Translations under genes and position numbers: made by a program | Shown: positions 62,900 through 64,000 of the stretch, in pieces | Position numbering within the stretch: position 1 is the first letter of the stretch | Layout of the letters: each line of letters begins with the position of its first letter | The notes under the pieces: model-generated | Seen by the model: only the letters and a program-made list of their open reading frames with translations | Told to the model about the DNA's origin: nothing | Databases searched by the model: none | From: Laetmonice hystrix | Lineage: Eukaryota | Length of the DNA stretch: 64,000 nt | NCBI GenBank assembly: GCA_965235115.1 | Contig: OZ249441.1 | Location: 25,420,001 to 25,484,000 of the forward strand | Direction of reading: 5' to 3'

Positions 62900-64000
62900 A
62901 CGGCCCAGGTGGCCAGCCCAGGTGGGCCCATTGATCGCTTACCTTGACCGTAATTAGGTCCCAATCGTGGGAGAGTCTCGTGGACTATCGACAACGGTCG
63001 GTGATCACTGAGACCAAGGTTAAGACAAGGTCAGCTCGATTTGTGATAGATGATGAGGGCGCTGTCGTCAATCCGCCCTCAAAACGGTCTGAAAGGGGGC
63101 CAACAATCGACGCGTCACCCAACACACTCGGCACCGGTCTACAGACGCCCATTGGAGGTGGGAAATGAAGATAGATCACTTTGGTGAATAAAAAGCCTAC
63201 AATCAAAAAAACGACGACTGGTATTGGAAATGGTATATGCAAGTGGTTATGAAGTATTAAATCCCAACTTAGTTGTGTGGTTGATTCCCCATAGATTTAA
63301 TCAGGACGCGGGGTGTGTTCACACCCTCCGCCCCATCCCCCTCCACCGTCAGTCCCCAGAGCCAGCCATAACTCCATTATATTATATTCTCCCTGCACAT
63401 TACGGTCTGTTTTTTTCAGGCGGGAACATATCGTAATTGAATATCAGTATAATGCTGATGAACCCAACTGTAATGACTGTGGAGGAGAGTGTAGACCCAG
63501 AGCAGTTAGGCGGGTCTGTGGGGACCTCTCGGCTGTGTCGTGCCTCCGCTAGGTGTCGTTAGCGGTTCACACGAAGGGCTGGGCTCATGTATACGACGAC
63601 CGTTTGAGGAAAGCGGGGCCGACGGAGATGGATGGCCAGGGGCGGCCGGAGCGGGCGCTGGCGACGGGCAGGCCAGGAGATGGATGGTCAGGGACGGAGT
63701 TTGTGACGGTCACACGGGACGCAGGGGTCAGCGGGGACAGCCAGGGGTCAGCGACAACCGCACGTCACATACGTCACAAATCCTCACCCAACTCAGAGGG
63801 GAACTTGAAATACAAATTATAAAAACATCACTGGCAGATATTTAAATGCATTTGTGGCGTTTATGTCTTATTCTGTTTGACCGGCAAAAATACATGGATA
63901 TTCACCCGTTCTATTCAATTTTCAATCTTTCTAACACTAAAATGTTACGACTGAAAGATCACTCCAATGTTAAAGAGGATATATCACATTTATAAAGCTA

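Overview
This window looks like non-coding eukaryotic DNA, most likely an intergenic or intronic stretch of a bilaterian invertebrate genome. That is an inference: CpG is plentiful, GC-rich patches of 200-400 bp alternate with AT-rich spacers, and CTCF-type motifs are present. I found no credible protein-coding exon, homeobox, tRNA, rRNA, snRNA or CRISPR array. The long ORFs in the track come from two GC-rich minisatellites: 54 bp x14 at ~12.0-12.7 kb and 44 bp x19 at ~49.9-50.7 kb. The other well-supported structures are an 858-bp TA-flanked element with ~195-bp inverted ends (1524-2381, Tc1/mariner-type MITE), a perfect 161-bp inverted repeat (22750-23108), a 46-bp near-perfect palindrome, an 18-bp array, several short tandem duplications and 16 long G/C homopolymers. 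Motif-dense candidate cis-regulatory modules (CTCF, RFX X-box, nuclear-receptor DR1/IR0, K50 homeodomain, Pbx/Meis) suggest the regulatory landscape of a developmental gene outside the window. The most intriguing items are the perfect palindrome, an 18-nt exact miR-210-3p match with no hairpin, and a minisatellite frame that mimics a G-RR prohormone. None of these establishes a new biological system from sequence alone.
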